A DNA stretch of 64,000 nucleotides from Botryllus schlosseri (taxonomy: Eukaryota). Under the pieces are notes generated by a model. It was given only the letters and a program-made list of their open reading frames with translations. It made no database searches and was not told the DNA's origin. Where the stretch lies: positions 37,078,001 to 37,142,000 of the forward strand of contig CM119371.1 of the NCBI GenBank assembly GCA_051294905.1, in the 5' to 3' direction. The position numbers and the translations under genes are program-made. How positions within the stretch are numbered: position 1 is the first letter of the stretch; every line of letters starts with the position of its first letter. Below are positions 25,261-37,718 of the stretch, piece after piece.

Positions 25261-26985
25261 AAATCATCTTGTCTGCAATATTGGCAACAAAGCTTGAACA
25301 TGCCCCAGACATGGTGGTCGAGTCGAGTCGCATTACAGTCCAAATATACCCCATACGTATTGCTGCCCGGTCGCTGGCATGCAATGTAACAATCGCTAGC
25401 TAAAACTATGTACTCATCCGCTAATCATGTGTTTCGCATCTATCCGTAGGTTATTTATCTATAGTCGAACGCTTCCCTAGACACTCGGCAGCGTCTGGCG
25501 TCTGAACGGGTTCAGCTTCTGCTGCACTCATGGGCATAGTCGTATTGAACTTGCTGTACGCCAAATACCCATGTTCAAAGTCCATTTCTGGTGAACTTCC
25601 GATTAATCTGTTTTTTTCATATCAGCTTACTATGTACACCAAAATCGGAAGTGGTCTTGTTATGAACAGTTACTGGGAGTCCAAATAATCGCTTGAATTC
25701 ACTAATGAATATCGTCATTGATATTAGTAGTTTCACATATTACTATCAAATATTTAAATGATGAAGGAGGGGTTTTCAAAAATCTAGTGCAAGTTATGAA
25801 TGGTGATGCATCTTAGGACTTTGTTGCATGCTGTTTTTTCTTGAGATTACGTCAGGATTGTCGGTATAGTGGTAAGAAGTTGGAATCGCCCAAACGTACC
25901 AGAAACAAATTTCTTTCGTGAGAAGCACATGATTACAAGTCGATATTCATATATTTTTCCTCTGCCATTCCCATCTGTCCTGTGGGGCTGCGCTACTATA
26001 TTAAAATCGAAAATTTTATGAAGTCACGATGAATCGCGCATAGCGCAAAGAAAATCTCAAGTGTAATTAAAATCTTTGGAGTCAAATCATAAATTCAATT
26101 TGCATGTCGATGGCCGCCAACACATACTAAGTGAATTACGTGTTTACAGCCGCAGGTTGCAGGGTTGTAACCAAGTCACTATTCAATAAACGAAATACCA
26201 ATAATATGTTAACTTTACTATGAAATGTCTGTCCTGGCCGCCCTAGTGTCGAGTCATATGACTTGGTTCGAGTCATGCACAATGACTCGAGACACTAAAA
26301 TATCTTTAACGCCATTACAACCCTGGCAGGTTGACCAACCCTGAGCTGGAGTATCGATTTTCAGTGCATTATAACAAATGTTTCACATGACATGCTGTTG
26401 TGTTTCAAATTGCCCTCAATATTGTGTTTCTATTGTTGCAGATTAGTTGTAGTTGTCGAAAAATTCAAAAGTTCTTTGCACAGGATAACGTGACTATGAC
26501 TGGTAATTGGCTATGCTGCTGCATCAGCCCCTTTACAGCGGTGGTGTTTCACATAGGGCAAGCATATACGAAAATTGGGATTGCTGCAGACTCGACGCCC
26601 CACTGTTCTCAAAATCCATGGTGAGTTGATGAACGCTGAGTTGTGCGTTACTATTACTCAAAGTAATTTAGATATACATTTTCTGATTCATAATTAGTGG
26701 TTTTATAATCTTCATCAGCCCTTACCAGGCAATCCAATATAAAATGCTAAACACATAGCCTATAACTGGATTTCTAAACGAAGCGATCAAGTCAGTCCAG
26801 TTCAATTTATTAATAAATGTAAGGTAGGAAGGAAAGGAAGTCGAAACGGCCGAGTAGTTTTCAACGAAACACCCACCTTGCAAAGAACATAACCATCTTG
26901 GTTGAGTTAGAATGGAAGTCATTGTTTCTCGTTGTTGTTGTTGTTGTGAGTATTCATGAATCATGGTGTTTCGACTCCTTTGTAC

Positions 26986-29568
26986 CAGGGCTTTGGAGCA
27001 GCCGTAAATTTGCATTGCTCCAGCTCCGGCTCCGGAGCTTTCTTTTATCATACATAAGCTCCAGCTCCGGAGCCGCATTATTACCACAGCTCCGGTTCCA
27101 GCTCCGTCTCCGGCTCTGAAAACGATCGAAGATGTCTGTCTATATCAGGGGTGGGCAACCCGCGGCCAGCGGGCCATATGTGGCCCGCGAGAAGATTTAG
27201 ATTAGCCCGCGAGCTAATTTCCCATTATATTATCGAAATTTTGTTATATTATCGAAATTGAGTCGCTCAGATTGTGAACTTGCAAGGCCAACCAAAAATA
27301 TGATTAGTCTGCTAGCAAAACTTGGGATGTTGATGACTAAAATATCAGTTTAGACGCATTCGCAGATCCAGGGTCCAGTCACAGTTTTATTACATCGTCG
27401 TACATCACAATAAGCTAAAATAGTAGTAATATTTTTATTCACGCTTCGCGTGTTTAATTGTCACACGCTTTCTTTCTTTGTAGCCTACCCCCCACCCCCC
27501 CCCCTGAAAATGAAAAAAAAACACCTGATTTAGCCGATTGAGTTTAACTATATTCGTAATTACGAGATAAAGTAGGCTTACCATACGTCCTCTTTTAAGA
27601 GGATTTGTCCTCTTTTTTGACTTTTTTGAAAGTGTCCTCGGAGGACGCCCTTTTGTCCTCTTTTTTGAAAATTTAGGTCAGATTTCAGATTTAGAGGAAA
27701 TTGCGAGTGATATGCCGCAAATTAGCGCAGAAGTGAAGCTACGGCGGGTATTTCAGAGGGAAAAGCGGTGAATTTAGCTCTGAGCGAAAAGACAACCTTT
27801 TTTTTTTTTTTTTAGTTAACCGATCACGAAGTGTGAAAAATTTACCGGTTTTTGAGAATTCTTCTCCAGTTTTGCATGTCTGAAATTTCTGGAAAATATG
27901 GTAAGCCTAAGATAAAGTATTTTCGCGTTTGCGCTCGCAGAAAGATCGTCGAGGAAGAAATGTAGGCACAAAATGATTGTCGTATATTAGCGGAAATCTT
28001 CGATATCGATATGTACACTGTACAGTCGACCAGCAATATACCCAAGGAGGTAATAATAATATTAACGTTGAAAATTGTACGTGCCTGGCGCGGCTAGTGG
28101 GCAGCGTACTCATTCGTCAATTTCATGTGTCCCTTTAGCCGAAAATGTGGACCAACCCTGGTCTATATAGATTACTAATTTACCCGTAGGTTAGTTATCT
28201 ATAGTAGGGTAATCTAGAGTCTCTCAGCCGTCAGTAACATCGGATGCAGTAACGAACATATGGGTGCCGCCGTACCGGCTTGTGACGACATAATGAATAC
28301 TTGTCAATTGTCGTAACATCATAGTTGCACTAGAACGCACTTTACTCCGTGCCATTGCTGTGTACAGCATTAAAATTCTGATGCGGCGTTTTAACACTGG
28401 CACTGTACTCGTTAACATTAAGCCATACAGCTCTATTCAATTTTTAAATGTGCGATTATTATTCGTCTGTAACTGTAGTAAAAGCAATATGGGCGGATAC
28501 TACGACGTGATCAATAGAAATTCGATTTGTACCAAATGGCCTACGGTTTGACGTTCGATATTGGTGCACTCGTTACCAGTCCATCCGGTGCCGATCATGT
28601 TCATCTGAATATAATATTTTCCGGTTGAAACAAATCGAATAAATTGAATGAAACACTGTGCCATGCACATTGCGCCATGCCCATAACGAATTAAACTATG
28701 CGGTATGCACGTTGCACATTTACAAGTCAAAGCGCGCGATAATACGGGAATACAAGAGTATCAAGCAGACATCAAGAATGAATTAACGGAACATATGATT
28801 ACAAAATAGAAATCGCGTACCAAATCAGTAATTTGTCTCCAACATTAAATACCATGGCGTTTCGGGCTACTCTTCTGCCATCCCCTATTTACGCTCGAAA
28901 ATCGTTACTGGAGTGAATGGCGATGATGCGCAGTAATGAATTCCAATTAGCATGCATAATTGCATACTCAATAACACTGTCCAATTTCGCGGCCCGATTA
29001 AAGAACTATCACGAAAGAACGAGTATTTGCTCATCCGATTCATAGCAACGATAAGATATAATTTCTCGGCTCGTGCTCGCCATATCGACATGTGCAACGA
29101 AATCCTCTCTCCCATTTCGCATAGTGATACATAGTGATCATTATTTTCGTACCGTATACAATTGGCCAACAGGGTTGTGTTGGTGATGAAATTGCGGGTA
29201 TGCCGAATACCCGCAATATTCACCGGCATATTTCGCATACCGAGGTTCGGCACTCATTGATGATAATTGAACATTGAACATATGACTGATCTGCTGTTAA
29301 ATCCCCGGGAACATGGTTAGTCGGAAAAGGTAGAGTCAAAGAGGAAAAGATTCTTAATTTCGCGAAAGGCCTGATATTTAATTATGTGAACTTAGTAGAT
29401 ATGGTTGTTGCATATATAATAGCATCTTATGACATAGGTCGGAGCCGGAGCTACCCCTAAAATTACTGGCTCCAGCTCCGGCTCCGGCTGAATTTTATGT
29501 AGAGCTCCGGCTCCGGCTCCTGCTCCGGCAAAAATGCACGGCTCCGGGGCTCCGGCTCCAAAGCCCTG
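26986..29568. mobile_element. hAT-type element with (GGCTCC)n subterminal repeats, containing nested MITEs
   Basis: TIR CAGGGCTTTGGAGC; TSD CTTTGTAC/TTTTGTAC. Confidence 0.8.
27146..28160. mobile_element. Charlie/Buster-type MITE containing a TAGGCTTACC MITE (27573-27909, TSD AGATAAAG)
   Basis: CAGGGGTGGGCAAC...CCAACCCTG; perfect TSD GTCTATAT. Confidence 0.85.
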
Positions 29569-30354
29569 TTTTGTACCCATATGACAGTTTCCCTTTAGTT
29601 TTTTTTTACTTTTGGTGTCATATTTGCTATCATCATTTCGATTTCTGCTTTTGTGAAGTACTAAATGCATCAATTCAATTGTTCGGTCATAGTAGTTCCT
29701 TCATTCATTGGAAGTTTCAATTCTATGTACGTATTGTATCAACCTCATTGTTTGGTCACCTTAGTGATCGATTAGCTCTCGGTCCTCATTCAGGGTTGTA
29801 ACCGAGTCACAAGGTTCCGAGTCCAAAGTCAATCCTACTTTTATATTTTTACCTGAGGCAAGCCGAGTCACCAAAATATCACGACTCGAGTCATTGCAAT
29901 CCTGTCCACATTTCCTTCAAAAATTTAGAAACTTTTTCTTTTTAAGTTTCCATTGCCACTGTGTTTGTGATTACTTTAACACATGGAAATCAGAGCATGA
30001 ACTTGAATGACACAGTTGCCTGTAAATAAGTTGACTTTGTGATTGATTAGATAGTAAATAGATGGATACAGTATAACACTCCACTGAGTATCATGTAGCA
30101 TGTAGACAAGCAAGAAAAAATAGGTGTATTGAGACGGTTGGGGGGACTGGAGGGGAGGCGGAGCCCCCCAGAAGCTGCATTTATGGAAATATATTTTTTT
30201 AATTTAATCACAAATTGTGATAATTCAGGTGTCATTTAGCTTGAAAATTCCTTGCAATGCGTCCGTGACTAGAAAGCAATATAGCCGTACAGTAAAATAC
30301 TCTGAAGGAGAAATTTCAGTCACATCGACCTCACTGAATTGATGACCTTTATTG

Positions 30355-30787
30355 TAGGGTTACAACTTACCGTATTTTGGAAATCTGAAAAGAGGACACA
30401 TTTAAAATGTCGAGACTTGAAATTCTGGAGTAATATCGGGGAAAAGAAGTAAATTTTTCCTGATTTCATGGGTGGTTGACTAAAAAAAGTCAACTTTCCG
30501 GCTCAACTGCCGAGATAACGTATTTCTATAAGCTTTTCTGTTGGTAAGACTAAAAAAAAAAGGGTAATTTTTCTGGCTCAAGTCCCGAAAAGCCCGCCGA
30601 ACCGTCAATTCAGCGCTGATTTACTATAAATCTTGGTCCAATTGTCACGTACATTTAACATTAATTTCCAAAAAGAGGACAAATTCTCAAAAAAGAGGAC
30701 ATTTTAGGCGCCCTCCGAGGACATTTCAAAAAAGTCAAAAAAGAGGACAAATCCTCTTTAAAGTAGACGTATGGTATGGTAACCCTA
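30355..30787. mobile_element. hAT-type MITE (TAGGGTTAC variant)
   Basis: TIR TAGGGTTAC / GTAACCCTA; TSD CTTTATTG/CTTTATCG. Confidence 0.8.
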
Positions 30788-31374
30788 CTTTATCGTAATG
30801 AATTAATTTTCATCGAATTGCGTAGCATATAGCTGGTTGTCTGCATCTCGTGCATGCCCACAAGAACCAAGAACACAGCATAGTAACATTAGGTATGCTA
30901 TGCTTTTTTGTCACGGTGTGAGGCTAGATTCTTCAGATAGTAAACCTCGGGTTGAGTTCTAAAAAGTTTGAGATCCACTGCATTACACATATTGTAAGCC
31001 TAGGTACTTGCTTCGTAACTCATTGAAGTGCACATCAAAAGACTATGTATACATAATAGGGCTGTTAAAAAAAATTCATTTGCAACAGCATAAAAGTTAG
31101 GTTGGCTAAAACAACGCTGCACACCAAATTTGGCTCAATTCCAACCAGTAGAAGCTATTTCTTGCTGTAGAGAGTTTTGGATTTATGGTATAAAAAATGA
31201 CTTTAAAAAAATCAAATTTTCTGCCCACCCCATAAAATTGTCAGGCTGTCATTAAAGACAATGCACATCAAATTCAGCTCAATTCCAACCAGTAGAAGCG
31301 AACTTATTGCAGTAGAAGAATTTGGATTTGAATTAAATAGTAGTTATGGTACGGTGGCTACCTCTTTCGTTTTG

Positions 31375-31411
31375 ACACCTGATGAAGGAGCAGCGCTCCG
31401 AAAGCTCGTGT
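31375..31411 (+). ncRNA. Minimal type I hammerhead ribozyme motif of Penelope-like retroelement type
   Basis: ACAC-CUGAUGA-A-GGAGC(AGC)GCUCC-GAA-AGCU-C-GUGU: stem I ACAC/GUGU, 5-bp stem II, palindromic AGCU in place of helix III, predicted cleavage after C31407. Confidence 0.8.
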
Positions 31412-31537
31412 AACTAATAAAGTTATATTCATTCGCAAGTGGACGTTAAATAGAGTGTGAAAGCTACTAAGGTCTTACGTTATTACCACTGTGATTCTAA
31501 TAAAATCAAAGAATAAGAAATCTTTCTACTGCATTAC

Positions 31538-31630
31538 GAGTGACACAGACTTTATACTATTCTGACTATTCATCATGAATTGAAAGATCGCTTTGGTGAT
31601 ATTTACAAGGGTATTAGAGGGTATGCATAC
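31538..31630 (+). pseudogene. Remnant of a fourth ZF gene: leader intron and start region without fingers
   Basis: Aligns with 23309-23407 and 60825-60923 (GAGTGACACAGACT...TCATCATG...GGTGATATTTA...ATGCAT); splice sites mutated; no finger repeat follows. Confidence 0.7.
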
Positions 31631-32149
31631 TAGAGGTAGATTGTAATGCGGAAAGTATAGTTTCTCTGCATGCTCGCCCAGTTAAACTCGTCCTGCAAGG
31701 GTATATCTGTCATGTATCGCCCTTGCGTCGTCGATTTCTTGAGATTGAGAACACGGAGCATTGAATTTCCACTATTTTTGAATTTTTTTATATATAAAAA
31801 TAGCGGCCTTGCTAGGCCGATCGATAATCGAGAAAGTTCCAAATATTTGCCTCCATAACACTGGCGAAAAAAAAAAGTTTTTGGAGTGCTAAAGATATTT
31901 GAATGGTTTCTAGGTATGTTTGGGCTGCTGAGTCCGAGAATGACATCCGTTCCTCTGAATTGCCTCAACTTTTTGAGATATCGATATATTTTATTTATTC
32001 ATTTATTTAATATTTATATTATTTAATCATAAGTAGAATACTTGGAATTACTCACATTTAGAACCTTCTCGGTGATCTGTGCCTCACTCCAAGCTAGTAC
32101 GTGACTCAAAGACGAAAGCTGCCCTCGAACTGGAGCTTGAATAACATTT

Positions 32150-32760
32150 TACTGTTCAAGAGAGAAAGAATTACTTTCGTATTTTAGTCAACAAGACGAA
32201 CTTTTTTACTGCAAAGACATCGTAGGGCTTTTTCTGAAAATAGAGGTATATGGTTGATTACTGATCAGCGTGCTTTGACAGCTTCCTAACTGAACTTTGA
32301 GCACCTGTTTTTGATTTATGCTTGATTTTGACATGAATTGACTCGCCTATAGAGGCTTTCTACGTTAACAATTGCGTCTTCAACGATATTGCCTCAGAAA
32401 TAAAACAATACTGTATTCGCACACTTGAAGAGACAGATGCGACTCATCAAACTGAAATTTACCTATGCCAAAATTCAAGTATTTTGAGCACTTTTCCAAA
32501 CAAAAATGTGGAATATCTCAAAGAACAGGGTCTATTCGGGAAAACTAATGTCATTTTAGGATTCAGCGACAAAAGAATGGTCTAATAACCGTAGTTCCGG
32601 TATACAAAGATCCGTAGTGTACAAAGAGCATTTGCCTATGTCACAAGTTGCGTATTTTCAGCACTCTTCGAACCAAAAATATGGAATATTTTAAAATTGA
32701 GCCAATTCAGAAAAGCTAATGTCATTTTTGGATTCAGCGACCTCAAAATGCCCTAAAACC
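32150..32760 (+). mobile_element. Sola-like transposon relic
   Basis: Broken frame FSQQDELF-YCKDIVGLF and a duplicated terminal-like motif CTAATGTCATTTT.GGATTCAGCGAC. Confidence 0.4.
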
Positions 32761-35723
32761 GTATTGTGACGGTATTGTGACTCGAGTCCGTGTCGTTGCG
32801 TTGACTGCCAAGTTTCCCGTTGAAGACTTGTTAAACAGACTTTGTATAACTCTGTTTGATGATATCGAAAAATTTGCATTTATAATGTACTAATTTTCCT
32901 TACTTCTAGCAGTTTCTGGTCGCATTTTCAAGTACCGTTCCAGTACAAATAGACGAAATCCCAATAGTGTGGTTACTTTACATTCTTCTAAATTACAATG
33001 AAATGTCGGTCTTGGACGTCTGTGTCTCGAGTCATTTCTGTAGTTTGAGAAAATGATTCAAGTCGAGTCATCAGAAAATCGTGACCCGAGTCATTACAAC
33101 CCTGGAACCCTGCTTGAAATTTGTGATGTCACAAGCATGGCAGCAATTGAAATTTGGAATATTTACTTTCCAGCTGCATACATTTGTTGTAATTACCTGT
33201 TTGGTCAATTTTGATATTGTAATTTCTCAGAATTTGTTCAAAAGTTTTACTACTCCCCAAGCTAAGATAGTTGAGAACCACTGTGTTAGGTTGTGATTTC
33301 CAGTTGACAATCAAATCTATTTTATATTATTTCAGGACAACGACAGGTTATCTCTGCCAACTCTGGTGCTGGAGAAAGGCTCTCGCCTCGAATCTGGTTC
33401 TGTCAGGTGAACTATTTTATGGCTGTCTAACTAATGTTAGAAAAATTTTTGTTCGGGTAACAAACTGACTCTAGAACTTGACAACATCCGCTAAATCTTA
33501 CTTGATCTGTACTTACCTAATCTTACTCAAGTCACGATTTTTTGGTGACTCGACTTGACACGGGTCATATTTTCAAATGCTTAATATGACTCGACTCGAG
33601 TCATTTTCTGTATTGACTCGACTTGTTCTCGAGTCATTGTGCATGACTCGAACCAAGTCATATAACTCGAGACTATGACGGCAAAGACAGACATTTCATT
33701 GTAACTTCGAAGAATAGTAAAGTTACTACATGATTGCTATTTCATCTATCAGTCCTGATACTTGGAAAACAGGGCCAAAAACTGTTAGGACTGAGGAAAA
33801 TTACGATGTTATGAACGCGAGCCATTCTATATCACATGAGCAGAGTTGAAAAAAGTAAGTTGAACCGGATTAAACTGAAAACTGAACAGAGAACATTGTG
33901 ATTTGAACTCGACCCTCTACTAGCTGACTTGGACTCCAGAGTGAATTGAAAATGACTCGAGGCAAAATCGTGAAAGTCGGATTGACCTGTGACTCGAATC
34001 CTTGCAACTTGGTTACAATCCTGGTTTCAACTAGTCGTTATGACAATTTCAATTTCACTCGTAAATGCGACAGACGCTTGTTTCAAAAGTACTATCTGTT
34101 TCACAAAATCCAAAAGTACAAGTGAAAGTGGTCAAAACGGACTACCTCTTGGGTAATTAGTGCAAGTACGCAATGTACAAGTCAAAATACTTTGTCACTA
34201 ACAACCTCCGTATATTTCTTGAATTATAAAACGAATTGACCTCAGTGCCTTCAATGTGTCTAAATACATCTGCTGCAAGTGGAACATCCATGCTTCCCAA
34301 CTTTTCGCACAGATTGTTTTCTGAGCTCGACGATCTGGTCGCTATCGAGGAACGATACAAGCCTGTGAGTTATGTTTTTGTTATCTGTAATTACTTCTAA
34401 TTACAAAGAGAGTTTGACAAATGATAAATTTTAAACTATTCCAAATTGGATCATAAATTACACTTATAGCTACACAGTTTTTTCAAATTAAATTAGTATT
34501 AGAACTAATTAATAAGTTCGTATAAACTTGAAATTGAATTAAATTCCTAATTCCATTGATGTATTTCGCATTCTCAGTTGTCCGAGTGTCGGTTTCGCGT
34601 TCATAACACGCGGAAATATCGTGTCGTGGTTGGGAGACTCTGTTTACGCCTCGCTGTAAACATTTCCTCACAGATCCATAACGAAAGAATATTTTATCGA
34701 GGTGAGGGTAATTGTCTGTTATGGCTTGCTTTCGAAATAGCTAAGTTTCATAATATCTAGGCATTCAAAATAGTGAGTGCACTGGCTGGGCAGGACAAGC
34801 AGGGCTGTGGAGTCGGTTCACTGTATCTCTACCTGAGACTTTTTGCATAGGCCGATCAATATTTTCTTCACCGAACTCAGACTCAAGCATTCCTGTAAAT
34901 CCTCTCAGATAATTTTACATTTAGTATATATTTAGGTATTATTATTGAGACTCTTGGAGGTACAAAAGCTCAACGTACAAATCATATATTCATATTGAAA
35001 TAATCCGTAATATTTCCAGCTGATACTCATTAGGGGTGATCGTCATCAGCTAGTGGAGAATTGGAAAGAACATTGTATGTCAACAATCGTACTACAGATG
35101 TTCTTTCAAATCCTCTACTAGTTGCTGACGATTGCCGCTGATGAGTGTCATCAGCCTAAAATATTCGGGTTCATTTCGATATGAATATACTATTCAATTG
35201 TATATTGAAGTTTTGTACCTCCAAGAAGCTCTGCAAATAGTGAAGAATTGGAAAGAACTTGTTTGTCAACTATCATATCGCCAAATATGACGTCACATTG
35301 ACATAAATTCAAGTTTTCGAGTAGAACAGTGGGGTGGAGCTAAATGTACTGTTTTTAGAATATATAACAGGATTGTAACCAAGTTACAAGTCAATATCAC
35401 TTTTATAGTTTTGACTCGAGTCAAGTCGAGTCATTTTCAATTCACCGTCGTGTCATTTTATATTCACCATCGAGTCAATTCCAAGTCAGTTAGTAGATGG
35501 TCGAGTCAGAGGCATAGTGTTTTTACTGCAGTCCAAGTCATTATGTTCACCGTTCAGTACAATCGGGTTCAACCCACTTTTTTCAGCACTGCTTGAGTGA
35601 TATAGAAAGGCTTGCATTTGTAATATCGTAATTTTCCTTTGGGTAACAGTTTCAGGTCCTATTTTCACGTATCAGGACTAGTAGACGAAACACCAACAAT
35701 GTGTTGACTTTGCTGTTCTTATA

Positions 35724-37469
35724 ATGAAGAGACTGTCTTTGTCTGTTTCGGAAATTGTGAATTCGGATACCGGAAACAAACTTTCAGACCCGGCGGCCAT
35801 CGCGAATCACTTCAATGAATATTTTTGTAACGTAGGCCCAAATATTGCTTCTTCTATTACAAAACCTGTGTCGGCCAGGTCAGAGGTGAGATCGATATCC
35901 CAGTCAATTGTGCTTGAACCTACGACCAAATACGAAGTAGAAGTAGCCATCCACAAACTGAAATCGCACAAGGCCGACGGCTATGACCAAATCCCATCAT
36001 GGTTTTTAAAAATGATAAGCATGCATATCGGTCAATATATGGCCCATTTTTTCAACTTCATGATAGAAAATGGAGTCTACCCAAGCTATCTAAAAAAAGC
36101 CAGAGTAGTCCCTGTACACAAAGCTGGGGATAGAACTAATGTCACCAACTACCGTCCGATATCCGTTCTCCCATGCATCGGGGTTGTATTCGAAAAGTTG
36201 CTCCTCTCCCGCCTGTCCTCATTCCTCGCCAAAATGTCTGTCATTTCCCCTCAACAATTTGGCTTCCGAAACAAACACCAAACCGCACATGCCCTCCTAA
36301 CAGTGGCCGAACAGTATTATGATATCTCAGAGAAGCGAAATGTGGGATGTAGCATTTTTCTCGATCTAAAAAAAGCGTTTGACTGCGTAGATCATAAAAT
36401 TCTCATCTCGAAATTGGCGCGCTACGGACTTCGGGGCCCACAACTTGAGCTCATGAAGAGTTACCTCACTGGACGCCAACAAATGGTTGCGATCTCAGAC
36501 ACCTTGTCCTCTCCTCACCTGGTGACCTGTGGTGTGCCCCAAGGCTCAGTACTTGGACCGGTCCTTTTCACCTTATATGTCAACGACATTTTTGAAACCT
36601 CTTCATTGAACACCACACTTTTCGCTGATGATACTCACCTCCTCTCTTCAGCATCTTCGACGGCAGAGCTGGATGCCCTGACTGGTGACCAAATGCCCAA
36701 AGTCCATGAGTGGACGGCCCAGAACAACCTCTGCATAAACGCCTCGAAATCGCAATTGCTGACAGTAAATTCAAAAAATAACCTAACCGTTAATATCGCT
36801 GGTCAGCCCGTTTCCAACACAGATAATGCCAAATATCTCGGGGTTTTACTGGACTCGAACATGTCCTGGAAGAGTCATATTCAGTCCCTAGAAACTAAAT
36901 TATCACCGAAGTGCGGCCTGTTCTACAGCCTTAGGCGCTTCATGCCAGCATGGGTTCTTCTGATACTCTTTAAATCCTTAATCCAATCGAAGTTACACTA
37001 TGGCATCCTCTGTTGGGGGGCTGCCAGTAAAACTGCACTCAAGCCACTGCAAAAACTACAACATAAAGTACTCCGAATCATAGCTAGGGCCCCAAAGGGG
37101 CCTGGCTGCCCATCCAACAAGTCGCTGCTGAAGAGATTCGGCGTCCTAAACATAGAAGATATGCGGAAACTAGAAATCGCCAAGTTTATGTATCAGTTCC
37201 ACTGCGGTCGTTGCCCCGAATATTTCAATGACTTCTTTACCTCGGAATCAAAAGCGCACAAGTACAACACACGCGCGTCCACGTCGTCCAAATATCATAT
37301 GATCGACCGAAAAGATCATCGCTCTATCAAATATGCCGGACCTGATGTGTGGAACAGTATCCCGCCGGCCATCCGACAGTCGACGACCATGTCCACATTC
37401 AAGTCGAAATACAAGCAATTACTACTAAATAAATACAGTCCATCCTCAAGATTACCGGACCACGACTGA
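35724..37469 (+). CDS. LINE ORF2 reverse transcriptase and C-terminal part (endonuclease missing)
   Basis: NYRPISVL, QFGFR, FLDLKKAFD, GVPQGSVLGP, FADDT, KYLGV motifs; no stops in 581 codons. Confidence 0.9.
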   Translation: MKRLSLSVSEIVNSDTGNKLSDPAAIANHFNEYFCNVGPNIASSITKPVSARSEVRSISQSIVLEPTTKYEVEVAIHKLKSHKADGYDQIPSWFLKMISMHIGQYMAHFFNFMIENGVYPSYLKKARVVPVHKAGDRTNVTNYRPISVLPCIGVVFEKLLLSRLSSFLAKMSVISPQQFGFRNKHQTAHALLTVAEQYYDISEKRNVGCSIFLDLKKAFDCVDHKILISKLARYGLRGPQLELMKSYLTGRQQMVAISDTLSSPHLVTCGVPQGSVLGPVLFTLYVNDIFETSSLNTTLFADDTHLLSSASSTAELDALTGDQMPKVHEWTAQNNLCINASKSQLLTVNSKNNLTVNIAGQPVSNTDNAKYLGVLLDSNMSWKSHIQSLETKLSPKCGLFYSLRRFMPAWVLLILFKSLIQSKLHYGILCWGAASKTALKPLQKLQHKVLRIIARAPKGPGCPSNKSLLKRFGVLNIEDMRKLEIAKFMYQFHCGRCPEYFNDFFTSESKAHKYNTRASTSSKYHMIDRKDHRSIKYAGPDVWNSIPPAIRQSTTMSTFKSKYKQLLLNKYSPSSRLPDHD

Positions 37470-37718
37470 CCTATCGATCTCGCTTCCCATGACATGCCGC
37501 CCTATTTATTGTCGCTTTCTTTTTCTATACTATCTTCTTTACTTTCATTCAGTGTGCATGCCTCCTCTTTATATCGCCTAGGCCAAGGTGGGTGTCAGAT
37601 TCCATAGACTGCTCCTTGTCGCTTCGACACCTTCCTGTCTTTTCATTGTATCGCATTTTTTGTGGTGTATTGAACTGATAAAATTGCTAATAAACCAATG
37701 ATGATGATGATGATGATG
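35740..37718 (+). mobile_element. 5'-truncated CR1/L2-group LINE (Crack/Daphne-like)
   Basis: RT ORF, about 250-bp 3' UTR, AATAAA at 37689 and (ATG)7 tail. Empty site at about 8905-8912 in the paralogous unit; no TSD. Confidence 0.92.

Noticed and set aside
28200..29330. CpG-richer stretch with short ORFs as a promoter or gene
   Set aside because: Lies inside the 26986-29568 TIR element; no identifiable coding or promoter signal.
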